Below are positions 37,374-49,198 of a stretch of 64,000 bases of DNA, one piece after another. Positions within the stretch are counted from its first letter, which is position 1, and each line of letters opens with the position of its first letter. The notes under the pieces were generated by a model. That model was not told the origin of the DNA, made no database searches, and saw nothing but the letters and a program-made list of their open reading frames with translations. The translations under genes and the position numbers were made by a program. The stretch is from assembly GCA_041690135.1 (NCBI GenBank), contig JAWLHY010000001.1, positions 640,001 through 704,000 of the forward strand. Reading direction: 5' to 3'. Source of the DNA: Armatimonadota bacterium. GTDB lineage: Bacteria > Armatimonadota > SYMT01.

Positions 37374-38519
37374 GTGCGGCGAGACAACTACGGCCCGGCC
37401 ACCAGCCTGGGCATCCTGGAAGACGTCTTCAACTGGGGTCTGAAGCTGGGCGCCCTGGCCATCCTGGTGGTGACCGGTTACTACATCTATGGGACCGTGG
37501 CCGCCAGCGACCAACTGTTCCGCGGCGTGGCCCAGCCCGGAAAGTACATGACCGTTCCGGAGTTCCAGAAGAACGTCCAGAACATGCAGCTCCTGATGAA
37601 CGTGCTGTTCATCGCGAGCCTGGTGGTCATCGTCTCCGCCCTGGGCCGGTACCTCCCTTATGTGGAGACCGGCGCGGTCTTGTTGATCGTGGGTGTGGCG
37701 CTCTTCTTCGGGATGCCACTGCTCATCGATAACATGGGCGGGCCGGCGCAAGGTCTTCCCAAGCAGCTAGCCCGCATCCTCGAGCCCCGGCGGTATCTCG
37801 CCAGTCAGTTCGGCTTCTGCGGCATGTTGTTCCTCGGGGCGGGAATCGCGGACCTGATCGTCCATGCCGTGATCCTTGTGGCCTCCGCTCGGAATCGACG
37901 GCCCAAGCCGACCGCCGAGAACGCCCAGACCGCCGCGCAGGTACGCAAGCAGCAGAACAAGTTCCTTGGTCCCTGCTGGGACCTGCCCTTCTGCCGCGAC
38001 ACCGAGAAGAAGATGTGCCCGATCCGCAACAGCAAGCGGCCGTGCTGGCGCACCGGGCGCGGTTGTTACTGCGATCAGAACATCATTCTCACGCTTAGCG
38101 GCGGGAACCTGTACGCGGCCAGCCGCGGCTCCTCGGGCTTCCTCTCCGCTTCCGCCACGGTGGCGCGCCCGAAGTCGTGGAGTGAGAAGCGCACACAGTG
38201 CCTGGGCTGCCCCGTCTATCTTCACCATCAGAGCCAGAAGTACCAGGTGATGGCGCCCCTCTCCATCATCGGGACGATCGGGGCAATCGTCTTCTACTGG
38301 TCCACGGTCCGCAATCTCTATCCAGATACGATGCGCGCGGTGGGGCGGGCTCTTTCCGGCTTCAGCTTCGGTCCCAGCCCGGGCGGCGTGCCGGCGTGGG
38401 CCAACGACCTGGCGGCGAACCAGGGCATCATGTGGATGCTGCTGCTGGTGGCCGGAGTGCTGCTCATCGCCTACTTCCTCCAGGCCGTGGAGTGGATCCT
38501 CTATCGCCTCGGCCTGTAG
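37374..38519 (+). CDS. Multi-TM membrane protein with Cys-rich loop
   Basis: GGAGG RBS before GTG 37374; about six TM helices; loop with eight Cys (CWDLPFC...CP...CW...CYC...CLGC..YLHH). Confidence 0.8.
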   Translation: MRRDNYGPATSLGILEDVFNWGLKLGALAILVVTGYYIYGTVAASDQLFRGVAQPGKYMTVPEFQKNVQNMQLLMNVLFIASLVVIVSALGRYLPYVETGAVLLIVGVALFFGMPLLIDNMGGPAQGLPKQLARILEPRRYLASQFGFCGMLFLGAGIADLIVHAVILVASARNRRPKPTAENAQTAAQVRKQQNKFLGPCWDLPFCRDTEKKMCPIRNSKRPCWRTGRGCYCDQNIILTLSGGNLYAASRGSSGFLSASATVARPKSWSEKRTQCLGCPVYLHHQSQKYQVMAPLSIIGTIGAIVFYWSTVRNLYPDTMRAVGRALSGFSFGPSPGGVPAWANDLAANQGIMWMLLLVAGVLLIAYFLQAVEWILYRLGL

Positions 38520-38525
38520 TGCGGC

Positions 38526-38556
38526 TATAATTCCCCAGCCCCGCGGGGCTGGGGAA
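38526..38556 (+). promoter_or_regulatory. TATAAT -10 box plus perfect 26-bp palindrome upstream of bioB
   Basis: TATAAT at 38526-38531; TTCCCCAGCCCCGCGGGGCTGGGGAA at 38531-38556 is self-complementary. Confidence 0.5.
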
Positions 38557-38605
38557 GCCCGCCGGTTCTCGGAAAGCGGCTCCCCCGGAAGTTGGCAGGC
38601 CGCCC

Positions 38606-39637
38606 GTGAGCATCACCGAAACCGTTTCACTCCATCCCGTAACCGACTGGAGCGCCCTCGCACGGCGCGTGCTGGCCGGTAGTCCCATCGACCGCCAGGA
38701 AGCGCTGGCGATCCTGCAGTCGCCGGACGATTCTCTCCTCAGTCTTCTCGCCGCGGCGTTCGAGATCCGCCGGTCGCACTTCGGCAAGCGGGTCCAGCTT
38801 TACTACCTGGTGAACGCGAAGAGCGGGCTTTGCCCCGAGGACTGCCACTACTGCTCGCAGTCCCGCATCTCCACCGCGCCGATCGAAAAGTACCCGCTCA
38901 TGGCGCATGAGGAGATCCTCGCCGGGGCGGAGCGGGCCGTGGCCAGCCAGGCCTGCACTTATTGCATCGTCACCAGCGGCCGCGGGCCGACGAACCGCGA
39001 AGTGGACCACCTCGCCGATGCGGTTCGCGAGATCAAGGAGCGCTACTCCCTACGGATCTGCGCGTGCATGGGGCTCCTCTCGGACAGCCAGGCCGAGCGC
39101 CTGCGGGAAGCCGGCGTGGACCGCTTCAACCACAACCTGAATACCGGCGAAGAGCACCACGGCAATATCTGCACCACCCACAGCTACGAAGACCGGGTGC
39201 GCACCGTCGAGAAGATCAAGGCGTCCGGTATCAGCACCTGCTCCGGCGGCATCATCGGGATGGGAGAGCGGGACGAGGACGTGGTTGACCTGGCGTTCGC
39301 GCTGCGGGACCTGGAAGTCGAGTCGATCCCGGTGAACTTCCTCCACCCCATCGACGGCACCCCGCTGGCGGGCACCTGGAGCCTGAACCCTCGCTATTGC
39401 CTGAAGGTGCTGTGCATGTTCCGGTTCGTGAATCCCTCGCGGGAGATCCGCATCGGCGGCGGGCGGGAACTGCATCTCGGCGCGCTCCAACCCATGGGGC
39501 TCTATCCGGCCAACTCGCTGTTCGTGAGCGATTACCTGACCACCCGGGGCCAGTCCGCCGAGGACGACTTCCGGATGATCGAGCAGTTGGGCTTCGAGAT
39601 CGTCCAGCCCGCGGAGCGCCGTGGAGCGGCTGTTTAG
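38606..39637 (+). CDS. bioB: Biotin synthase
   Basis: KSGLCPEDCHYCSQS radical-SAM motif, NHNLNT, CSGGIIGMGE, PVNFL. Confidence 0.97.
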   Translation: MSITETVSLHPVTDWSALARRVLAGSPIDRQEALAILQSPDDSLLSLLAAAFEIRRSHFGKRVQLYYLVNAKSGLCPEDCHYCSQSRISTAPIEKYPLMAHEEILAGAERAVASQACTYCIVTSGRGPTNREVDHLADAVREIKERYSLRICACMGLLSDSQAERLREAGVDRFNHNLNTGEEHHGNICTTHSYEDRVRTVEKIKASGISTCSGGIIGMGERDEDVVDLAFALRDLEVESIPVNFLHPIDGTPLAGTWSLNPRYCLKVLCMFRFVNPSREIRIGGGRELHLGALQPMGLYPANSLFVSDYLTTRGQSAEDDFRMIEQLGFEIVQPAERRGAAV

Positions 39638-40442
39638 CGTGCGCATGCGGGCCGCGGCCGGCGGTCCGCACGAGCGGGGCGGGACCCACATTTCGGGAGC
39701 CGAGCGCCTGGTGCCGGAAGGGGAGGTGGAAGCCACCCTTGCGGCGCTCCTCCGGCGTGCCCAGGAGCGCGGCCTCGCGCCGGATTTCATCCGGTTCACC
39801 GTGGAAGCCGTGGCGCCGGAAGAGTTACACCATGTTCCCGCGCTGCCGATCACCACGGTCCGGACGGCCGGAGCGGACGAGGCCGAGCGGGCAGCGCGGC
39901 ACCTCCTGTCTGAAGCGGGAGCGGGGGAGGGGGCACTCGAATCCGCCTTTGCCGCGCTACGGAGCGGCTGGAATCCCGCCGGCCGACCTTTGCGAGGCGC
40001 GGCGTTGGTCGACCAGCGGAGCGGGGCACGACTCGATCCAAATCCCGAACGCGGCGTGCGTGTCTCCCGGCTCGATTACAGCGCCATCGGGAGAACGACA
40101 GCGGGGCAGATGCTGGCCGAGCACGGGCTTTCGCACTTCCGGGTGCGCGAGGCGCTTGCCATTGCCACGAAGGTGCTCTGGGCCGGGGTGACCGCCGAGC
40201 TCTGCTGGTCGGACGAGCCGGATTACACCACGGGTTACGTGGCCACCCGGCAGCAAGGCTACCTGCGGTTTCCCGGTTTCAAACCGGCCGGAGCCCGCGG
40301 CGGACGGGCCTTCTTCATCGATCCCGCCACCCTGCCGTCCGGCGGGGTGACGGACCTGATCTTCCGGTTGGAAGAGCAGTGCGTGCTGATCGAACCCCCG
40401 ATCCATGTGCGGGGGAGTGTGGACTGGAGCAGTTGGCAGTGA
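39621..40442 (+). CDS. bioW: 6-carboxyhexanoate(pimelate)--CoA ligase
   Basis: SVRMRAA, HISGAER, RGVRVS, EALAIATKV, AELCWSDEPDYTTGYVA. Confidence 0.93.
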   Translation: MERLFSVRMRAAAGGPHERGGTHISGAERLVPEGEVEATLAALLRRAQERGLAPDFIRFTVEAVAPEELHHVPALPITTVRTAGADEAERAARHLLSEAGAGEGALESAFAALRSGWNPAGRPLRGAALVDQRSGARLDPNPERGVRVSRLDYSAIGRTTAGQMLAEHGLSHFRVREALAIATKVLWAGVTAELCWSDEPDYTTGYVATRQQGYLRFPGFKPAGARGGRAFFIDPATLPSGGVTDLIFRLEEQCVLIEPPIHVRGSVDWSSWQ

Positions 40443-41785
40443 CGGACTATGCGGAGATCCTGCGCAAGGAGCGGGAGCACCTCTGGCACCCGAACACCCA
40501 GATGCGCGACTGGGTGGCGGACGAACCCCTTTTCATCGCGGACGGCGCCGGCGTGAAGGTGCGGGACCTCCAGGGACGCGAGTACTACGATGCGAACTCG
40601 TCCCTGTGGGTGAACGTGCACGGCCATCGCAAGCCGGAGTTGGACGCGGCCATCGTGGAACAACTCGGCAAGATCGCCCACAGCACCTTCCTGGGCCTGT
40701 CGCACGCGCCCGCCGCGGAACTGGCCGCCCGCCTGGCGGCGATCGCCCCGGCGGGTCTCTCGCGCGTCTTCTACTCGGACAGTGGGTCGGAGGCGGTGGA
40801 GATCGCCATCAAGATCGCCTACCAGTATTGGCAGCACCGCGGTGAGCCGGAACGTCATCTCTACATCGCGCTGGAGGAAGGCTACCATGGGGATACGCTG
40901 GGCTCCGTCAGCGTCGGCTGCATCCCGCTCTTCCACGCGATCTATAAGAAGCTGCTGTTCGAGGCGAAGTTCGCTCCCAACCCGGCCCGGACCGCCACGG
41001 CGGAAGAGGCCGCGGCGGGGCTAGAGGCGATCCTGAAGCAGCACCGCGGGCAGGTGGCGGCCGTGATCCTGGAGTCGGTGGTCCAGGCCGCCGCGGGAAT
41101 GCTCGTGGCGAAGCCAGGATACCTCCGCCGCGTGCGCGAGCTGTGCGACCGCTACGACACGCTGCTGATCGCGGATGAAGTGGCGACCGGCTTCGGGCGG
41201 ACGGGCAAGATGTTCGCCTGCGAGCACGAAGGGGTTTCCCCGGACCTGATGTGCATTGCCAAGGGATTGACGGGCGGCTACCTGCCGCTGGCGGCGACCC
41301 TGGCCACCGAGCAGATCTATGCGGCGTTCCTGGGCGAGTACCGCGATGTGAAGACCTTCTTCCACGGTCACTCGTATACCGCGAACCCGCTCACCTGCGC
41401 CGTGGCGCTGGCCAACCTCGACATCTTCGAACGAGAGCGCGTGATCGAGGGCCTGGCCCCCAAGATTGAAGCGGTGGGGGAAGGCCTGTCAGCATTCCGC
41501 GCGCTCCCCCACGTCGGGGAGATCCGCCACTGTGGATTGATGGCGGGGATCGAGCTGGTCCGGGACCGGGAGACGCGCGAGCTGTATGCCTGGGAAGAGG
41601 CGATGGGAGTGCGGGCCTGCCGCCGGGCGCGCCGCTACGGCTTGATTACCCGCCCCCTGGGCAACACCGTCGTCTTCATGCCGCCGCTCGCCAGCACCGT
41701 GAAGGAACTGCGCGAGATGCTGGCGATCATCCATCGCGCAGTGCGCGAGGAGACGGAAGGCGACGGAACGGCGGAAACGGAGTAG
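40439..41785 (+). CDS. bioA: Adenosylmethionine-8-amino-7-oxononanoate aminotransferase
   Basis: LWHPNTQM, SSLWVNVHGH, DSGSEAVE, YHGDT, DEVATGFGRTG, AKGLTGGYLP; GTGA overlap with bioW. Confidence 0.96.
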   Translation: MTDYAEILRKEREHLWHPNTQMRDWVADEPLFIADGAGVKVRDLQGREYYDANSSLWVNVHGHRKPELDAAIVEQLGKIAHSTFLGLSHAPAAELAARLAAIAPAGLSRVFYSDSGSEAVEIAIKIAYQYWQHRGEPERHLYIALEEGYHGDTLGSVSVGCIPLFHAIYKKLLFEAKFAPNPARTATAEEAAAGLEAILKQHRGQVAAVILESVVQAAAGMLVAKPGYLRRVRELCDRYDTLLIADEVATGFGRTGKMFACEHEGVSPDLMCIAKGLTGGYLPLAATLATEQIYAAFLGEYRDVKTFFHGHSYTANPLTCAVALANLDIFERERVIEGLAPKIEAVGEGLSAFRALPHVGEIRHCGLMAGIELVRDRETRELYAWEEAMGVRACRRARRYGLITRPLGNTVVFMPPLASTVKELREMLAIIHRAVREETEGDGTAETE

Positions 41786-41791
41786 ACCCAG

Positions 41792-42952
41792 GTGAGCTCC
41801 CTCGACGAAGCGCTCGCTCCCGAGCTGGAACGCCTGCAAGTGGGCACGCTTTACCGGCATGTGCGGCGCCTGGAACCCGCGGACGGGCCGCGGGCGGTGC
41901 TGGACGGGCGATCCGTGCTGATCTTCGGCTCGAACGACTACCTGGGACTCGCTCGCGAGCCACGGGTGGTGGATGCGGCCCGGAAGGCGGCGGCGGAGTG
42001 GGGGAGCGGCGCCACGGGCTCTCGGCTGACGACCGGCTGCTTCGGCCTGCACGCGGACCTGGAACAGGAGATCGCCGCACTCAAAGGCACGGAAGACGCC
42101 CTGCTGTTCGGCAGCGGCTATCTCGCCGCCGTCGGGACGATCCCGGCGCTGGCTGGCAAGGGAGATCTCATCCTTAGCGACGCGCTGAACCACGCGTGCC
42201 TGATCGACGGCTGCCGCCTGAGCCGCGCGGAGGTACGGGTCTACCGGCACGGCGATGCGGCGCACGCCCGCGAACTCCTGGCCGACGGAGCGAGCTTCCG
42301 CCGGCGGCTGCTGGTGACGGACGGGGTCTTCAGCATGGACGGCGACCTGGCACCCCTGGAGGCGCTCCAAGAGTTCTGCGAGGAGACGGATACCTGGCTG
42401 ATGGTCGACGATGCCCACGGGACCGGGGTGCTGGGAGCGACGGGAGCCGGAACCGCCGAGCACCTGGGCCTTTCCGGGCAGGTGCCGATCCAGATGGGGA
42501 CGCTGAGCAAGGCACTGGGTGCCGAGGGCGGGTTCATCGCGGGATCGCGGGTCCTGATCGACTATCTCCGCAACCGCGCCCGCAGCTTCATCTTCTCCAC
42601 GGCGCCTGTCCCCGCCACGGTCGCCGCCGCGCGCGCCGCGCTCCGGTTCGTCCGCGAAGAGCCCGAGCGGCACACGCGGCTGCGCGAGATCTCCCAGCGG
42701 ATGCGGCAAAGCCTCCGTGAGCTCGGTTTCCAGGTTCCATCGGGAGACACCCCCATTGTCCCGGTAATCGTCGGGGAGGCCTCTCGCGCGCTCCGCCTGG
42801 CGGAAGGCCTGGAAGAACGCGGGGTCTGGGTTCCGGCGATCCGTCCCCCTACCGTCCCCGAGGGAACTGCCCGTCTTCGGGTCAGCCTGAACGCCTCTCA
42901 CACCGACGCGGACCTCGAACGGGCCCTGGCGGCTTTTCACGCACTCCGATGA
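41792..42952 (+). CDS. bioF: 8-amino-7-oxononanoate synthase
   Basis: SNDYLGL, DALNHACLIDG, DGVFSMDGD, DDAHG, GTLSKALG, IRPPTVP. Confidence 0.96.
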   Translation: MSSLDEALAPELERLQVGTLYRHVRRLEPADGPRAVLDGRSVLIFGSNDYLGLAREPRVVDAARKAAAEWGSGATGSRLTTGCFGLHADLEQEIAALKGTEDALLFGSGYLAAVGTIPALAGKGDLILSDALNHACLIDGCRLSRAEVRVYRHGDAAHARELLADGASFRRRLLVTDGVFSMDGDLAPLEALQEFCEETDTWLMVDDAHGTGVLGATGAGTAEHLGLSGQVPIQMGTLSKALGAEGGFIAGSRVLIDYLRNRARSFIFSTAPVPATVAAARAALRFVREEPERHTRLREISQRMRQSLRELGFQVPSGDTPIVPVIVGEASRALRLAEGLEERGVWVPAIRPPTVPEGTARLRVSLNASHTDADLERALAAFHALR

Positions 42953-43677
42953 ACTTGCAGACTCGCACCCCAGGAATCTTCATCACCGGCACGGACACGG
43001 GAGTCGGCAAGACGGTCATCACCGCGGCCCTCGCCGCCGCCCTCCGCCACCGGGGCATGGATGCCGGGGTGATGAAACCGATCCAGACCGGCTCCGAACG
43101 GACTGCCACCGGTCTTACCGCCCCCGATGGGGAATACCTCGTCCGGGTGTCCGGTGTTTCCGATCCTCTGGAACGGGTCTCTCCGTGCCGGTTCCGGGCT
43201 CCCCTGGCACCCCTTTCCGCGGCCCGGCTCGAAGAGCGCGAGGTGGACCTGGATGCCGTCCGCACCGCCTACGAGGAGCTCACGGCCCGCCATCCGTTGG
43301 TCCTGGTGGAAGGCGCGGGAGGCCTCGCCGTCCCGATCCGGGAGAGCTATCTGATGAGCGAACTGGCGTACGACCTGGGCCTTCCGTTGGTCGTGGTCGC
43401 GCGCCCCAGCCTTGGCACGATCAACCACTCCCTGTTGACGGTCCACTTTGCGCGGGCTGCGGGGCTGCGGGTGCTGGGGATCATCGTCAACAACTACCCG
43501 GCGGACCCGGGAGAAGCCGAGCGCACGAGCCCCGCCGTGATCGAGGAGTTTTCCGGAGTGCCGGTCCTGGGGATCGTTCCCGCCGTGCCCGATGCCGGTC
43601 CGGATGGGGATGAGGTGGTCGTAGATTTGCGGGAGCACGCTCTGGTCGATCGGCTTCTAAGGGTTTGGGGGAAGTAA
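42949..43677 (+). CDS. bioD: Dethiobiotin synthase
   Basis: ITGTDTGVGKT, KPIQTG, VEGAGG, LGTINH. Confidence 0.96.
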   Translation: MNLQTRTPGIFITGTDTGVGKTVITAALAAALRHRGMDAGVMKPIQTGSERTATGLTAPDGEYLVRVSGVSDPLERVSPCRFRAPLAPLSAARLEEREVDLDAVRTAYEELTARHPLVLVEGAGGLAVPIRESYLMSELAYDLGLPLVVVARPSLGTINHSLLTVHFARAAGLRVLGIIVNNYPADPGEAERTSPAVIEEFSGVPVLGIVPAVPDAGPDGDEVVVDLREHALVDRLLRVWGK

Positions 43678-43792
43678 CTGAACAGTTTTTGACCGCTCGG
43701 CACGAGCCTGATTCTCCACCCGGGTCAGCGAGCCTTGCCGGAGTGACGGCGCGGAATGGGTTCCGAGCTACAAATTCCGGCAAACGGCAGCC

Positions 43793-43941
43793 GTAGGGAA
43801 CGTCTCGCCGCAGCGTTCCGCTCGGGTTGGATCTGATCCCGTTGGGCCAAGTCATGGCGGCGCCGGCTTCGGTCCGGTTCGATTTGGCCCAACGGGATCA
43901 ACTTTGGTGCCTGCGGAATGGAACGGCGTCACATTCCCTAC
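43793..43941. repeat. REPIN-like GTAG doublet (family C), copy 2
   Basis: Inverted relative to 6359-6506; contains a perfect internal inverted repeat TGATCCCGTTGGGCCAA / TTGGCCCAACGGGATCA. Confidence 0.85.
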
Positions 43942-44036
43942 CATCCAGGGGTTCGCCTGACGCGGCACGAGCCTGTGGCATCTCCTATCTCGAAAGCTCG
44001 CCTTCGATAGGCGCGGCCGAAGGCGTTAGAGGCAGT

Positions 44037-44246
44037 ACGGGTGCGGGTCCAGAACCTCCCGTAGTGCATTCCGGGTGCGGGGGCGTGATCCTGGTCGGGG
44101 ACAGCGACCGCGACCCTACGGAACCAGAACGGTTACCGTGGTGCAGAACGGGTGCGAGTGCGTGATTCTGGTCGGGGACAGCCCTGCCTCCGTCGGGTGT
44201 ACGACGCGGCCCTACCTGACGACCACCGGAGTACGTTCCCGGTGCG
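44037..44246 (+). repeat. Family A composite repeat, copy 4
   Basis: 25-mers at 44055, 44132, 44222; ATYCTGGTCGGGGACAGC modules in between. Confidence 0.8.
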
Positions 44247-44271
44247 AAGACAGGGGCATTGTGGCTTCACG

Positions 44272-44386
44272 GGCGGGCGGGATGCCCACCCCACCCTGGT
44301 CACCCGGCGGCTGCCGTGGCGGGCGAGACGCCCGCGCCACTTTGGTCACCCGGCGGCTGCTGTGGCGGGCGGGCCACCTGCGCCAC
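44272..44386. repeat. Three family B palindromes in 46-nt tandem units
   Basis: Units start at 44272, 44318, 44364 with linker TGGTCACCCGGCGGCTGC. Confidence 0.8.
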
Positions 44387-44584
44387 TCACCACGCACCAA
44401 TCACCCACCCTGGAGCGTAGCTCCAGGCGAGGCGGGGAAGCATACGGATCCGCAGTTGGCCGGCTCCGGTTTCCTGGGTGGCTACGGTCTTGCACACACC
44501 CATCTTTTCAGGACAGGGCAACCAGAGCCGATGCCCCTTCGGATTGGGTCCGCCAGACGGGTGCCGATCGTAGAGTCGCCCGTC

Positions 44585-44690
44585 CCACTCCGCCACCACC
44601 CCTCACCACTAATCCACTACTCCACCACTCACGACTCACGACTTCTGGCGGGCGAGACGCCCGCGCTCCTTCCCCTCACCCCTCGCCAAT
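44585..44690. repeat. Degenerate heptamer tract with an embedded family B palindrome
   Basis: CCACTCACGACTCACGACT then GGCGGGCGAGACGCCCGC (44647), just downstream of the AAA ATPase stop. Confidence 0.65.
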
Positions 44691-44699
44691 CCCCACAGG

Positions 44700-46217
<1,518 letters not shown>

Positions 46218-46260
46218 GGTGGTTTTTGGATCGGGAAAGGACTGGGGACCGGTTGGAGGC

Positions 46261-46269
46261 ATTATAGCA
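46261..46269 (-). promoter_or_regulatory. Extended -10 promoter (TGnTATAAT) for the AAA ATPase
   Basis: Minus strand reads TGCTATAAT about 45 nt upstream of ATG 46217. Confidence 0.55.
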
Positions 46270-46352
46270 GCCAGCGACGGTCCACAGGCAGGGAATGCCC
46301 CTTCCGGCGCCCAATCTGGGCGGGGGCGTAGATCTGATAACGGGATTTTTGA

Positions 46353-48323
46353 ATGAGCGTTGTTGATACCATCTTAACTTCCGACCGGGCCGAGGTGTAT
46401 GAAATCCGGACGCGAGCGCCAGGGCCGGCCGGCCGGCTGCCGCTGACGCCGGACATGTTGATCAACCGGCCCAGCGGGGACGTGTTCGGCCTTACCCAGA
46501 ATGCCGGCATGGGTTGGGAGCCGAGTGAGCTGGATCGCGACCAGTACCTGATCCTGAGCACCCAGGGCGGGATCCGCGCCCCCGACGGGCGCCCGATCGC
46601 GCTGGGCTACCACACGGGCCACTGGGAAGTCGGGCTGCTGATGCAGGCGGCCGCCCACGAATTGCGGCGGCTGGGCACCCTTCCGTTCGCCGGCTTCGTG
46701 TCGGATCCATGCGATGGGCGGACGCAGGGCACGACCGGGATGTTCGACAGCCTGGCCTACCGGAACGACGCTGCCACGGTGTTCCGGCGCCTGATCCGCT
46801 CGCTGCCCACGCGGGTGGGGGTGATGGGGGTGGCGACGTGCGACAAAGGCTTGCCGGCGATGATGCTGGCGCTGGCCGCAATGCGCGATCTGCCCTGCAT
46901 CCTGGTACCGGGCGGCGTGACGTTGCCCGCGGAGAACGCGGAAGATGCCGGGAAGGTGCAGTCGATCGGCGCGCGCTACGCCCACGGCGTGATCTCCCTG
47001 GAAGAAGCGCAGGATCTGGGCTGCCGCGCCTGTGGGACTCCCGGAGGCGGGTGCCAGTTCCTGGGGACCGCCGGCACGTCCCAGGTGATTGCCGAGGCAC
47101 TGGGGCTCTGCTTGCCGCACGCGGCCCTGGCCCCCTCGGGACAGCCGGTATGGACGGATGCCGCCGTGCGCTCGGCGCGGGCCCTGACCCGCATGGCCGC
47201 GGAAGGGCGCACGATGAAAGACATCCTCACGCCGGCCGCAGTCCGCAACGCGATGATCGTCCACGCCGCAGTGGGGGGCTCGACCAACCTGCTGCTGCAC
47301 CTGCCGGCCGTGGCCCACGCCGCGGGACTGGAGCGCCCTTCGTCCAAAGAGTGGGAGGAGATCAACCACCTCGTGCCGCGGCTGGTCGATGTGCTGCCGA
47401 ACGGCCCTATGGGTCATCCGACGGTCCGCTTCTTCCTGGCCGGCGGCGTGCCGGAAGTGATGCTCCACCTCCGCCGCATGGGGCTCCTCGACACGGACGT
47501 CCTCACCGTTTCCGGCGAAACGCTGGGCAACGTGCTCGACTGGTGGGAGGGCTCGGAGCGACGGACGCGGCTGCGCGAGATCCTGCAGGAGCGAGACGGC
47601 GTCGATCCGGACGATGTAATTATGGCGCCCGACGTGGCGCGAGACCGGGGGCTGACGAGCACCGTTACCTTCCCACGGGGCAACCTCGCTCCGGAAGGCT
47701 CGGTGATCAAGAGCACCGCTATCGATCCGACCGTGGTCGGCGCGGATGGCGTCTACCGCCACGAGGGGCCGGCACGGGTTTTCACTCGCGAGGCGGATGC
47801 CATCGCCGCGGTGAAGAACGGCGGCATCCAGGCTGGCGACGTGATGGTCCTGATCTGCCGCGGTCCCCTGGGTACCGGCATGGAGGAAGTCTTCCAGCTT
47901 ACCTCCGCGCTCCGCTACCTTCCGTTCGGCAAGCAGGTGGCGTTGATCACGGACGCCCGGTTCTCCGGGGTTTCCACCGGCGCCTGCATTGGGCATGTGG
48001 GACCGGAAGCCCTGGCGGGCGGCCCCATCGGCAAGGTGCGCGACGGCGATATCGTGCGGGTGGTGGTCGACCGAAACCGGCTGGAGGGCAGCATCGATCT
48101 CGTGGGGGAGGGCAAGCGTCGCTTCTCGCCGGAAGAAGGGGCGCAGATCCTGGCGGCGCGCACACCGCGCGAGGATCTGGCGCCGGACCCCTACCTGCCG
48201 GACGACACGCGCCTGTGGGCCGCGCTCCAGCAGGTGGGCGGCGGCACCTGGGGCGGTTGTGTCTACGACGTGGAAGCGATTCTGGAAGTGCTGGAAGCCG
48301 GGCGGAAGGCCCTCGGTCGGTAG
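46353..48323 (+). CDS. yagF: YjhG/YagF family D-xylonate dehydratase (IlvD/Edd superfamily)
   Basis: [65 protein letters not shown]. Confidence 0.9.
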   Translation: MSVVDTILTSDRAEVYEIRTRAPGPAGRLPLTPDMLINRPSGDVFGLTQNAGMGWEPSELDRDQYLILSTQGGIRAPDGRPIALGYHTGHWEVGLLMQAAAHELRRLGTLPFAGFVSDPCDGRTQGTTGMFDSLAYRNDAATVFRRLIRSLPTRVGVMGVATCDKGLPAMMLALAAMRDLPCILVPGGVTLPAENAEDAGKVQSIGARYAHGVISLEEAQDLGCRACGTPGGGCQFLGTAGTSQVIAEALGLCLPHAALAPSGQPVWTDAAVRSARALTRMAAEGRTMKDILTPAAVRNAMIVHAAVGGSTNLLLHLPAVAHAAGLERPSSKEWEEINHLVPRLVDVLPNGPMGHPTVRFFLAGGVPEVMLHLRRMGLLDTDVLTVSGETLGNVLDWWEGSERRTRLREILQERDGVDPDDVIMAPDVARDRGLTSTVTFPRGNLAPEGSVIKSTAIDPTVVGADGVYRHEGPARVFTREADAIAAVKNGGIQAGDVMVLICRGPLGTGMEEVFQLTSALRYLPFGKQVALITDARFSGVSTGACIGHVGPEALAGGPIGKVRDGDIVRVVVDRNRLEGSIDLVGEGKRRFSPEEGAQILAARTPREDLAPDPYLPDDTRLWAALQQVGGGTWGGCVYDVEAILEVLEAGRKALGR

Positions 48324-48343
48324 TGCCGGCACCGCGATTGTGA

Positions 48344-48396
48344 ACAGGCGACTGAAGTCGCAAGCTGAAAAGGCACTAAGTCGGCCTGCGCCGACT
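48344..48396. repeat. Double-hairpin repeat (family D), copy 3
   Basis: ACAGGCGACTGAAGTCGCAAGCTGAAAAGGCACTAAGTCGGCCTGCGCCGACT. Confidence 0.8.
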
Positions 48397-48470
48397 TGCG
48401 AAACACCCTGTCGCCGACGCTCTCGCGGCCATGGCGAAGGGAACTGAGCTCCAGTTATCGAGGGGGACCG

Positions 48471-49007
48471 ATGATGAACACCGAATACCTGGTTCTGACC
48501 GCGGTCGGCACCGACCGCCCTGGCATCGTGGCCGAAATCACCGAACTCGTGGCGGAGAAGGGCGCCAACGTGGCGGATAGCCGCATGGCGTTGCTGGGCG
48601 GCGAGTTCGCCCTGATGATGCTTCTCGCCGGAGAGGCGGACACGCTCTCCGGTCTGCGGAACGCGCTGGGACAGACCGCCGAGCGGCTCGGCTTGCAGGT
48701 GATCTTCAAGGAGACCGGAAGCCCCGCGACGCACCGGGCCGGTGGTGTACGCTCCTATCGGATCGACGTCCACGCGCTGGACCATCCCGGCATCGTGCAC
48801 GCGGTCACCGCCCGGCTGCGGGCACTGGGCGGCAACATCGTCTCCCTGGAGACCAGCGCCTACCAGGCGTCGGTCACCGGGACACCGCTCTTCTGCATGG
48901 AGCTCCAGGCCGACTTTCCCGGCGAGGTGGGCGCGGCCCGCCTGCGCGAGGCCCTGGACGAGGTGGGTGAAACGGCGAACGCCGATGTGGACGTCCGGCC
49001 GGCATAA
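48471..49007 (+). CDS. gcvR: GcvR-like tandem ACT domain protein
   Basis: LVLTAVGTDRPGIV, NVADSRM..LGGEFA, DHPGIVH. Confidence 0.85.
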   Translation: MMNTEYLVLTAVGTDRPGIVAEITELVAEKGANVADSRMALLGGEFALMMLLAGEADTLSGLRNALGQTAERLGLQVIFKETGSPATHRAGGVRSYRIDVHALDHPGIVHAVTARLRALGGNIVSLETSAYQASVTGTPLFCMELQADFPGEVGAARLREALDEVGETANADVDVRPA

Positions 49008-49100
49008 CGAGACCGGCAGTCGTATGGATTGGGGGGGACGCAGTGCTGCCCCGACGCAAAGAGGTGCGTGTGCGCGGACATTAGCGCGCGCCCCGTATCG

Positions 49101-49142
49101 CCCTCACCCCCTTCCCCCTCTCCCACGCTGCGGGAGAGGGGG
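49101..49142. repeat. Family E palindromic repeat, copy 2
   Basis: CCCTCACCCCCTTCCCCCTCTCCCACGCTGCGGGAGAGGGGG between convergent genes. Confidence 0.8.
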
Positions 49143-49198
49143 TGTCCGTGCCAGTACGGGGCAAGAATTCTGTTTGGTGGAAGCCGTCACCTCAGCGC

